Positions 1 through 10,872 of a DNA stretch of 64,000 nucleotides are shown here, one piece after another (the stretch's first letter is position 1; each line of letters opens with the position of its first letter). The DNA comes from Nitrospirales bacterium (GTDB lineage: Bacteria > Nitrospirota > Nitrospiria > Nitrospirales > UBA8639), in contig CBDBCZ010000017.1 of the NCBI GenBank assembly GCA_965203295.1, positions 2,016,001 to 2,080,000 on the forward strand, given 5' to 3'. The notes beneath the pieces are model-generated. The model had not been told where the DNA came from and searched no databases. It saw only the letters and a program-made list of their open reading frames with translations. Made by a program: the position numbers and the translations under genes.

Positions 1-186
1 TCATCACTAACCAAACTGATTGCACTGCCAAAGAACATCTCTGAAGTACCAAAATGGCAAGTGGCTAAAATGGGGAGATGGTCTATCTTTCAGCCAGGCT
101 AGCGCAATAATGGGCTAAAGCAATTAGAAAGATTTCAACATAAACGAGCATGATTGACCCTTGGGTAGTGCCTTTTTTAGGACATA

Positions 187-785
187 CCGTATAGCGGGAA
201 ATTTTCGCCAGGGGAAAATTTCGCCAAACCCAGATGTGTAGTATTGCGGGAAAATTTCGCCAGATTTATTTTCGCGCACATGCGATTGGGCGAAATTAAA
301 TTCCACGGCATTATTAATAATTATTCTTTCAACACGGCAGTTTAGCAGTCTCGAGCAGCTTGGAGAAGTGTCTTGCTGCCGCAGAATCTCCGTTCTCACT
401 AGCGATTTGGACTTCAGTTCATTACTTAGCTTCATATAAGGCCCTCTCTTCGCCTTTGTAGCCTTTTCTTGGTGCCGAGCATTGGTATAATTTACGGCTG
501 CGTTCGCTTCCGCAATCGCCGACGATGGCAACGAAAATGATAGCGCCCCCATTGGATCAGGGAGCTGTCTACGTGGCAGAACCTGCAAATAATGCAGCAG
601 AGCCATACCGGTAGTCGATAGTGAGCTTAACTTTCGCAACTGCATGCTACCATTGACAATGTGTAAATATTTCACCAGTCAAAATTTTTACCTGACAAAA
701 TTTTCACCGGTTAAATTTTCGCCACTTGAACTGACTGGCGAAATTGGCGAAAATTTACCCCTGGCGAAAATTTCCCGCTATACGG
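187..785 (-). mobile_element. Non-autonomous pogo/Tc1-mariner-type DNA transposon carrying a transposase N-terminal fragment
   Basis: TIRs CCGTATAGCGGGAAATTTTCGCCAGGGG...CCCCTGGCGAAAATTTCCCGCTATACGG, TA on both sides (185-186, 786-787). Minus-strand [37 protein letters not shown] resembles the N-terminus of invertebrate pogo-like transposases. Second copy at 5074-5470. Confidence 0.85.
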
Positions 786-1208
786 TAGCAGTTTTCAAAA
801 ACTTGAATTAGTTCAACAGTGATACCGAGCACTCATGAATGGGCGCTTGCCATTCACACGCCAATGTTGGTAGGATACGCATGCACAGTTTTTTTACTTG
901 TTCCTATTTAGTGTATTGTTTTGTTGGACTCTATTTGGCCTTTTTTCATTTCTTTTCTGGAGAAATGTTGTCTTGTCTGTTGTATTGCCTACATATGCGT
1001 TCCTTATTGATACAAATTTTTAAAAAGATATATTCCATAAAAAAATGAAAACACTTACATGTACTCACATGGCTGATTATTTGGTGGGCACAAAGTCTGA
1101 ACAGCTTCTGGCCAGAGGTGCTGTTGAATATTATATTTGAATAACCGAGTCCTTGTAGCCAGACTCTACTGTCATGCCCCCTCCCCCTAAAAGACACCCT
1201 AAACAAGT

Positions 1209-1561
1209 TACAGAAAAAGCACTTTACCAAAAAGTGGATGCACTTCCACAAAAACAAAGGGAACAAGCTATAACCTACACCGCAATGGGTTCACCGACTA
1301 CCAATGCATTGCCGAGTAGCTACGAATCACAACGCAGTGCTGTTACGGAGCCCATCTTCCCTACATCTCCTTACTCAAGATGGTCTCCGTAAATGCACTG
1401 TGCTGTGATTTTTAGATACTCTGTAATGCATTGGGCGTTGTTGTGTAGGCCGGTAGTCTGTGAACCCATTGCGGTTTGAGTTATAGTTTGTTTCCTTTGT
1501 TTTTGCGGAAGTGCATCCCTACGTGAATGGTTTTTGCACTGTTTTGGTAAAGTGCTTTGTA
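1209..1561. mobile_element. Foldback MITE with ~110-bp imperfect inverted arms
   Basis: AAAGCACTTTACCAAAA..GGATGCACTTCC..CAAAAACAAAGG..CCGCAATGGGTTCAC..GACTACC (1216-1302) is mirrored at 1453-1561; TA at both ends. Confidence 0.75.
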
Positions 1562-1795
1562 ATACATGTCAATTTTGCTGTCCACCTCCTGTCATTCATC
1601 ACACCACTGCTATGATGAGCAATTCATAATACTCTAACTTAGGCATGTTGTACTCCCACCTTTGTATTGAATACATACGTAGTCCTGTATTTGATACCTG
1701 CAATAGTTGTTGTAATAGTATACGTACTTCAGCAACATTATATTTAGCTCTGTCAGTGTGTGCTCAGTGCACTAGCTTTCCTTGCCTATATTCAG

Positions 1796-4700
1796 GGCCC
1801 TTCACACAATCCTGGGGTTAACCAAAGAGCCCTCTCCGAGCTCTTCAAAATGGTGGAACAACGACAAGAAGACTGGGATTACGGCATTGTGGTATCGATG
1901 TTGGAAATATACAATGAAAGTGTACGTGATTTACTTTCTGAAAACAATGCTGAAAAGCTGGAGATCAAACAGGGGCCTGATGGAAATTTCGTTCCTGGAC
2001 TCATACAAGTCCAGGTCTCGGGACTGCATGATGTGAATGAGGTAAGCATGGTTAATTACCATATTTGTATAACCATTTTGTCAACTGAGTCTTCATGTGG
2101 TTTAAAAGGGAAGGTTGGTGTCGGTGTGATTTGAAGTACTGGTGGGCAGACTAAATGTTCTTCTGCCTTTTGCTACAGTGTATTCAAAAAAGCCTTACCT
2201 ACCTCCTAACCACATATACATGCTATTGTCCACACTTCTGTCAGTTCATAGATGGCATCCAGTAGCCTCGTACCCAGTTACTGGAAAATATATTGGACTA
2301 CCTTAGGATCAAGCCTTTCAAGTCTTCATAAATTGGCTATAAAATATCGTAAGAACGTGGTCTCCGGGAGGTCACTAAGGCACATTGTGTGATTCCAAAG
2401 TTACTATAGTGTGTGGTTCTAGTGTAGTACCGGTATGTGAAGAGTGCCAGTGCATGCATACGTATGTACAAAAAACGAGATGTTAATATGTATATATAAT
2501 TTATCTATCTTAATTACTTTGTTAGGTATTTGCACTAGGACACCAGAATAGAGCGACAGGAGCTACCAGGATGAACATCCACAGCAGCCGCAGCCATGCC
2601 CTGCTGTGTATTACTGCTATGGGAATCAATAAAACAACAGGCCTGAAAACAATAGGTATCTAATTTTTACACGTACCTCAGATAATGTTGTTTGTGCAAA
2701 AATTTAAAGGCTAGAATCTATGATGGATCGCCTATGGCTATGTATGAAGTATGGCTTGAGTGCATGTGGACAGTCTCAAAGGAAGCTGTTATAAAGGATG
2801 TTTTACATTAAACATGCAATCTCAGAGCATTAACACCACAACCTGAACATTAAACGTGAACTTACCCAATCCCAGAGCATTAACACCTGAAGAATGTAAG
2901 CCAAGTCAATTGCACCTGTCCATCTTCAACTATACATATATCTACTGGTTGTGTATAGCTATTATTTCGGATGGTCCAACGCACACTTAACAAACATGAC
3001 ATTGTATCAGGGTACTTCTGTATTGCCAGTTGTCGACTATGTTTGCACATGCACACAAAAGAATGTTGCCCTATTGACTACACAGGGAGGCATGTACTGG
3101 TAGGATTCAATTCATATGCATAGTACCACAATGTATCATCACTAGACGTGAGTATAAGTACATGAACAGCAGATCTTCATGTAAACACTTTTATGTGAAT
3201 CATGACGTAAGAGTAATTACCAACTAGAGAACTGTTTTGTTTCTTATACAGAGTATTGTGTGTTTCAATTTACCTGGTTGTATACAAGTTGTCAGAGGAG
3301 GTCGGCCAAGGTTGACCTTTTCTAATTAAAATCACATGACATATGCAATCGAAATCCAATCAATCGATAATGAGCAGTTAATTATTGCAAACTCCATAGA
3401 GAAAAAATCTTAAGATTTAGGCATTTCGCCCCAAGCCAGCCGCTTTGAAAAATGACTCAAAAGCAAGAAAATTTACTGCTGGTGTTAATTTCTCTGACAC
3501 CTTGGTTGCCTTTGGAGGCAAAATCCTGTCGCCTCTTGAGTGATGTTCCAGATTGGCTGAAAGACGCAACGAGGCTTCGTCAGGAAAGCGCTTGCGAGGT
3601 TCCCCGACAGGGAATACGCCACAGCAGGCTGCTAAACGCCCGCCACGATGAAAAGCAGATGGTATAAGTACCCCACCGCCCTCGGGGAGACAGTTGGCAT
3701 TCACTAATTTGTTTGTAGCTCATTTTTTACGGCTGCCTACCAAGTTTTCACCATCTAGACAACACAAGACTACCTTCATTTGCTGTAGCTTGGCCTACAA
3801 ACCTGCAAAAGCTGTTATACATAGCACGAGGCTATGCCACACCCTGCAGTTGATAGTAACGTTTTGCGTGCATTGTTTCCCCCTCCCTTTCCGGTCACGC
3901 AGAACTTCATTAATTATTGCTCGGTTACGTAGCTTGTCCGACCTCTTCTGACAAGTTGTTCTCAAAAATTACATTGCTAATATCTTTTACAGGCAAACTG
4001 AATCTGATTGATCTGGCTGGAAGTGAAAGGGTTGCAAAGTCAGGATCAGAGGGTGCTCGTCTGGTGGAAGCCAAGTATATAAACAAGTCACTGAGTGCAC
4101 TTGGTGATGTAATTCATTCTCTACGAGCAAAATCCAAACATATTCCGTACAGAAATTCAAAGCTGACATACTTGCTTCAGGATGCCCTAAGTAAGTTTCT
4201 GCACTTGTTTCATACATGTAGTAGTAGTAGGGCATTTGCATGTAAGACCGGTTTTAATAGTAAGTGCTTGTGTGAAGCCGACAAAGTGCTGAGGGTGCAT
4301 ATAACAAGGTGCATGTATGTATGTGGTAGTCCCGGGTAGAAATGTATATCGGTATTATGCTGTCATACATTTCGATCATGTCACTGTGTTCACTGAATTA
4401 TTTTCAAATTTTTTGTCCAAATGAAATAATTTCATTTTGGTTTGACGAATTCATTGGAGGTAATTAATTAAGAAACTTTCATTTTTCATGAGCGGTGGCG
4501 AGTAAATAGAAGATTAGCTTGAGATACTGACGACGTGTCAGATATTCACTCTTTACTTGCATTGTTAACAGGCCATGAGCTCTCCATGCTTTCTTCCATT
4601 TCTGCTACTTCTCAGTCTTCAGCATTCAACAATGGTAGCATATCCTCAAACGTACACACACACACATCAACCAAAGATATAGCCACAACAGGTAGTAAGC

Positions 4701-6344
4701 TTATGCATGCACACGCTTGTCAGGTATGACAAACTGCAACAAGTAAGTGTGCTTGCGCTTGTTACTCGCTACTTCGGGGCTGATAGTGCACGATGGCTTT
4801 CTTTATCAGCTACATGTACATGTAGTCACACTCCAGGGCATTCCTGCTAACACAATCAGAAGTAATACTAGTAGAAACTGAGCATGCAACAGCTGGCGAA
4901 TATTAGAAAATTAATTTCAGAATGGGCCTACGAATTTGTTGGGGAAAATATATTATGGTTTTTTCCGGGAAAATGGGGTGTGGCAAATAATTTGAGAGGC
5001 AAATAATTACAAATTATACGGTAACATTAAAGGGGGGCTCATATGCAATGCGCAGTTGCATCTACATTACATACCGTATAGCGGGAGATTTCGCCAGGGG
5101 TAAATTTTCGCCAATTTCGCCAGTCAGTTCAAGTGGCGAAAATTTAACCGGTGAAAAAATTTTCGGGTAAAAATTTTGACTGGTGAAATATTACACATTG
5201 TCAATGGGTAGCATGCAGCTGCAAAAGTTAAGCTCACTATCGACTACCGGTATGGCTCTGCTGCGTTATTTGCAGGTTCTGCCACGTAGACAGCTCCCTG
5301 ATACAATGGGGGCACTGTCATTTTCGTTGCCATTGTCGGCATTGCGGAAGCGAACGCAGCCGTAATACCAATGCTCGGCACCAAGAAATAAATCTGGCGA
5401 AATTTTCCCGCAATACTACACATCTGGGTTTGGCGAAATTTTTCCCTGGCGAAAATTTCCCGCTATACGGTATATACATGTAGCGCATTAATTACATGAT
5501 CAAAATACATGGCAGAAGATATAACCATATCTATGAGGAGTATATAAACTTTGCTAGATAGTTTACCCGAAGTGAGAGCTGAGGGTAGATAGCCTATTGG
5601 AGTATACTGCGTTCATACTCCAAGTGGGTGTACATAGTATATCTGATTTATACCAATTAATCATTCACGTTATATTGCCAAGACCCCTCTCTAATTTACG
5701 TACTTTGTGACCTACACGCTGCACTGCCACACCTCCTGACACTCCTCTCTTCAATCCCAGTAGCACACAGCCTTGCTCTGTACCACAAATAGTATGGTTA
5801 TAGCGGCTGCTACGATCGCTCTGAACTTCCTTCGAATCCGTGTGATTCTTCTTGTGAATAAATAATGAGATGACATCACTCACTGACTAGATTCATTGAT
5901 CTATTTACATTTTGCCATGGTAACAACAGGAAGGGAGTGTCACTTTGATGTATACATTCATGTATAATATCAACACTTTGTTGTGGTTGAGCGGTACTCT
6001 GATGGTGGTTGATTTCCTCTCTGGGATTGTCACATGTATAGAATGTAGTGTACTATTTGCCAACTATATTCAAGGCAGGCTCAAGTAATCACTTGTTTCT
6101 AGTGCTCTTGCTTTTCCACATGGCTGAAGATGCTGCGAATAGTAATGACCCTGCTCATAAGATACATGTATTCTTTTCTCTCTTCCTAGGTGGTGACTCT
6201 AAAACACTAATGGTGGTTCAAGTAGCACCAGTAGAAGTTAATATTAGTGAAACCGTCTGCTCCTTGATGTTTGCACAAAGGGTACGAGCAGTGGAGTTGG
6301 GGCAGGCCTCTAAGAGAGTCCTTGATCCTACTGGAGAAAAATAA
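1796..6344 (+). CDS. KIFC3: Kinesin-14 family C-terminal motor, KIFC3-like (3' part; upstream exons outside window). Exons 1796-2041, 2526-2655, 3993-4190, 6190-6344
   Basis: GT-AG exons with matching phases (0,1,1) encode [25 protein letters not shown] (switch I), [12 protein letters not shown] (switch II), [31 protein letters not shown] and [11 protein letters not shown], with stop at 6342-6344. The motor is C-terminal and the [13 protein letters not shown] segment is KIFC3-like. Confidence 0.9.
5074..5470 (+). mobile_element. Internally deleted copy of the pogo-type element at 187-785, opposite orientation
   Basis: Same CCGTATAGCGGG TIRs, TA flanks (5072-5073, 5471-5472), near-identical internal sequence with ~200 bp missing. 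Confidence 0.88.
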
Positions 6345-7795
6345 AGGTACATAATATATATGTAACTTCTATATTGCATGTACATGTAGAAGAATAATAC
6401 TGAATCTAAGTAGCAATTATTATTTCCTCTAACAATGGAAGACGAGACTGGGTGTATGTCAAACTGCGGTATTCAGAGAACATATACTCAGTGCCATCTG
6501 TTTGAATACTGATTGGGACACTGGCTCACACTTTCCAGCATCTCTAGGTTTCATGAAGCATGTGGGTGTAGCACACTTTACCACATTAAAGTGATCGCAA
6601 AGTTGTGGAGTTGAATGTTACAAATAATGGCTAGAAATTTAAACCAGTAAAATCAAAGGTCATGACTACCTATTTTCACAAACTAATGACTGCTTTCTAG
6701 CTTTTAGTTCGAATCATTCTGAAATGCAGCAGGTTTCCCGATTCAAAGGACTCTGTAATCATCAGCAGACAGCTGTTTTGCCACTGTTGTTGTTTATGTA
6801 AATCGATCTAGATATGTCAATTGGGCACAGACGAACAGAAAGAACCAATTGCTTTTTATAGGTTGCCAACTCTAGTTAGAATGACTGTAAGTGTGGTATA
6901 ATATAGCTACTACCAGAGCGATGTGGCCCGCAGGCAGTCTGATTAATATAGCTTAGTTTGAGTATAGATGATAAATAGCCGAAAACAGGATTGAAAACAG
7001 TGTCTATCCAAGTTACATTTGTGTGCTTCTTTTGTGTACTTACCTTTGCTGCCTGCCATGCCAAGTATAAACTCTGCACTTTATAGCCCAACTGTCCAAG
7101 TCATTTGTAACCCGCTGTCATGAGAGCTGTATTGTTTATGTTCTAAATCTGCTTGAGTATTTATTATACATGTGGTCTAAAAGTTTAGAATTTAGCCTGT
7201 AATAGCGTTTGTGTACCTCTAGCACAACTTGTCGGTCATTTTTTTGTAATTTATGCATGGCTCAAAATGATGGTCAGGGTCTCATACTTTGTATTGTGAC
7301 CAAGAAAACTGATAACCTTTGCAGTATCAGATTGTGTGTTAGTTGTGAGCACAGTGATTGTACAGCAGTGTGTCATAACAATTAAGGAAAGACAGGTTAA
7401 GTTGTGATGTCACTATGAACAGACATTAGCATCACATGATGTGTTTCCAACCTCATTTTGTTGTTGTTGTATCTATGTGTTGTTTGAGAGTGAGCATAGA
7501 ATTGAGATAGTTTTAGAGTGTTATAGGCTCCAGGAAATGTCACTGCGACTGATATTTGATTGGATTTTGTTTTAAAACATTTCTTCTTTCTCTAGGGTTT
7601 ACCAAGCTTCCTTGCTGCACTTCTAACTTCTACTGCACCTCACTATATACAGTGAGCTAGTTATATGCTATTGTGTACTAGATACTCCGCCATATATGTA
7701 TATAGAGAGCCACTATTTCATTTTTGTAAAACACACATTAATGTATAGACAAATGATGATATTACAGCGCCTTTCTCTCTAACTCTTTCATTAAA

Positions 7796-7830
7796 CAAAT
7801 GCACGTCAAATGCACGTCAAATGCACGTCA
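7796..7830. repeat. 11-bp tandem repeat (CAAATGCACGT)x3
   Basis: Read directly from the sequence. Confidence 0.85.
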
Positions 7831-8344
7831 GTGAAGTAGTAACTCGCACATGTGTGCACATGTGTGTATGCATGGAGCGTATTCTGGCCTTGTAGTTTCA
7901 TATCCAGACCTTGGCTCCTCCCCCTGGCTGAAGTGTGGGACAAAACTACTGGCTGGGTGTCTTGTGAAAAAATCTGGAACTGATAATCATTCGTCCTCCC
8001 CCTCCTGAGCAGCTGCAGCACATTCAGATTACCATTCCAGCCAAGTCTTTTATTGTTTCTGAACAGCAATAAGCCATTTTCAGATCAGCCAATGATCTAG
8101 GAGTGGTGCTAAGTGGTTTGTACACCATGACAATAAAGCTACTTCTGGAGGACTAGCAATATGTGGAGACCTAACATTTACCTGCACATGTCACTTTCCT
8201 GCGCTTGAAAGCAACTACGCCGTGGTTTTGTGTTACCTTTGTATTAAACTACCTAATGGTTAAACTAAAGGTTGATATTAACTATGCCATACATACAATG
8301 TCATGTATAAGCAAATTTTCAAGGTAAGACCAACTCTGCTAGAA

Positions 8345-8478
8345 CTTGATGGGCGGACCAAAATTTTCAGGGTAGGACCAATTTTGCCGGAAAAAAATGG
8401 TCCGGGGGGGGATCAATTTTTCCAGCGGAAATTTTGGTCCTAGGACCATTTTTTCCAGGACCAAAATTCCAGTGACAG
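8345..8478. mobile_element. Terminal fragment of a MITE with GGACCA/TGGTCC subterminal repeats ending ...CCAGTGACAG
   Basis: Repeated GGACCAAAATT/TGGTCC words and a GTGACAG end; the partner terminus was not found. Confidence 0.45.
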
Positions 8479-8688
8479 GCCAAACGATTGCCAGGTCAGC
8501 CAACGACTCAAGAGTATACCTAGTTAATGAGAAAATGTAATACAACTATTTTGGCGGGATAGTAATAGGTTGGGACAAAACATATGCTGTGCACAGAGTG
8601 CTTTTCAGAGTGAAAACAAATTCGCTAAGGTTTTTTTTATTTCTGAATAGCAACAAACATTTTCAGATCGGCCAAAGTTGTAAGGGAG

Positions 8689-8763
8689 TAGTCTCGTGCC
8701 CAGACCGCACCCCCCGCCCCCCGAAATTCCCGGCGGGAGGGGTGTGGTCTGGGCACGAGACTA
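8689..8763. mobile_element. 75-bp palindromic micro-MITE with TAG..CTA ends and a perfect 9-bp TSD (Academ/AcademH-like)
   Basis: TAGTCTCGTGCCCAGACC...GGTCTGGGCACGAGACTA flanked by GTAAGGGAG at 8680-8688 and 8764-8772. Confidence 0.85.
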
Positions 8764-10872
8764 GTAAGGGAGCTGCTAGCAAGTTAGCACGTCATAAATA
8801 TACTTCTGGAGGACTAGCAATAACCCAAAATTTCCAGATCAGCCAATGATGTAAAAGAGTTACAACAGGTTAGTATGTTATAAAGCAACTTTTGGAGGAC
8901 AAGCAATCGTTGGAGATAGAACATTCCCTGCACATAGCACTTTCCTGCGTGAGAAAGCAAATATGGCAAAAATTTCTTGTTTTCTGAACCGCCAACAAAC
9001 GATTGCCAAATCAGCCCACCACTTTAGAGTGTAGTTAGTAAGTTATATGTAATACAACAATTTTTGGTAGACCAGCAACAGAAGGTGAACCATATAAATA
9101 TATCGTGCACACAGCGCTTGTTAACTACTAAAACTCCAGACTCACAAATAGAGACTAATATAGTCCAGAAGCACGAACTAAAACTTCAGACTAACTAACA
9201 GACAGACACTAATGGAACTGATGTTATGAAAACACTAGTAAAAGTACATGAAGTCTTCATGTCATATTCCCTTGCTATTGCCTACCAGTTCAGTCAGTCT
9301 CTCACATACCAGCAATGAGTATACTCTTTCAGAAGATTAATTTGCGGCTAGAAACCAAGAACAACAATTTTCCAGTCGCTTGAAGAATTCTTGATGGGGG
9401 TCCATTCCTCCAGGGGGGAGTCCATTCAGCCAAGAATAGCTAGATGCAGTGTCCTTTGGTCAATTTATATTTACCTAGAATAATTGCACAGGGAGTCCAA
9501 CTGTACTTGGACAAATCTATGGACAAATGGATACATAATCCATTTCTGGTGGGGTCCAACCATCCTGCAACACCAGCCTTCTCTATAAACCAGATGCCTA
9601 CTAGATGAGGCTATATTTTCCGCATGCGCATAGTGTTTTCCAGCGGGAGAAGAAAATCCACTTGGTTCTGAACAGCGAAAAGTGATTGCCAGGTCAACCA
9701 ACGACCCAATGTGTTGCTAGTAGATTTGTTGTACCAACTACTGTTTGTGGACTAGCTATAAGTGGAGATATGCAGAACATTCCCATTATTTCCTGCACAT
9801 AGCTCTTTCCAGCACAAGAAAGCGAATTTGCCAATTTTTTTACGCACAGGAATAAACGATGCCAGCGACCTAGAGTGCTAATAGTAGGTTAGTAGTAGTT
9901 TTGGTGGACTAGCAGTAGATGATGGAAGATTAACATTATATCTTGCACACCTTTCCGGTGTGTGGAAGCAAATTGGCTGAGGTTTTGATTAGCAAGAATT
10001 GCCAAATACACTAGATCAGCTGCTTTCTTTTCACTCAATTCTTCCCATGTCTATAGGATGCATACCCTTTCAATTTGTTTCATGTCAACTATTTTACAGC
10101 TCTCTAGCTACTGTATTTTAAGGCAAAAAATGAAGGCTTGCTAACAGTTAGCTAGCTCTACTGCCATTCAACCAGTGTGGATAGTGAAGGGGACCATTTT
10201 GGGGTGTTTGTATGAGTACTGGCCTTTGAGAAGCTGACGTGTTTCTGCAAGAATGGCTTTTGGCCTGTCGTGTAGACTTCAGTAATGGGGACAGACTAAA
10301 TAATGCCATGATTTTGGCATTCTACAGACAAAATATACAGTATACATTATATTCCTGACCACCATGCACGAAATACATAATGGCTACAATATTAAGTTAT
10401 TGTAATAAGTATTCTGTCTCCACTTATGTTAGTCCACCAAAAGAAATTGTTACAACTCATGTGAGACTACTGGGCTCTTGCGGTATATTTCCACTCGTGC
10501 ACTACACCTATCATGGGTGGGATGGAGCACTGGCAGACAGTGATGCTGAAATTGAAACAAGTCCAGACAAAGATTAGTGCCCAAGTATTTTCCAACTACT
10601 ACTAAATGCGTGTTGTTTGTGTGGTTACTGCATGCTTGGCTTGAAAATTCATTACAATTTAACCACTTACCACGCGTTTTTTTGCCACATGTGGGTATGT
10701 AGCCCACTCTGGTTCCTCAGCCCTTCAAATATGGGAGATTACCACTCTTGTACATACTGAGCTCATTGAGCCTGTAAAGTGAGTTTGACAAAAGTGCATC
10801 TGCGAGGTCAACTTCACCTACTTTGAAAACTAGTTATAAAACATCAAGAAGCAAGCTATAAGTACAAATGTA

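Larger units (their letters stand above)
8050..9990 (+). repeat. Degenerate tandem array of a ~170-190-bp unit, interrupted by insertions
   Basis: Motif chain TTTCTGAAYAGCAA..CAGATCAGCCAATGA..GGAGGACTAGCAAT..CCTGCACATAGCACTTTCC..GAAAGCAA recurs near 8056, 8480, 8640, 8830, 8980, 9666 and 9845. Confidence 0.65.

Noticed and set aside
124..675. 183-aa ORF as a host gene
   Set aside because: It lies in and runs out of a MITE; it is a frameshifted transposase N-terminal fragment.
3417..3704. GC-rich 95-aa and 71-aa ORFs in a KIFC3 intron
   Set aside because: They are not needed for the kinesin frame, adjoin a dispersed repeat fragment and show no recognisable domain.
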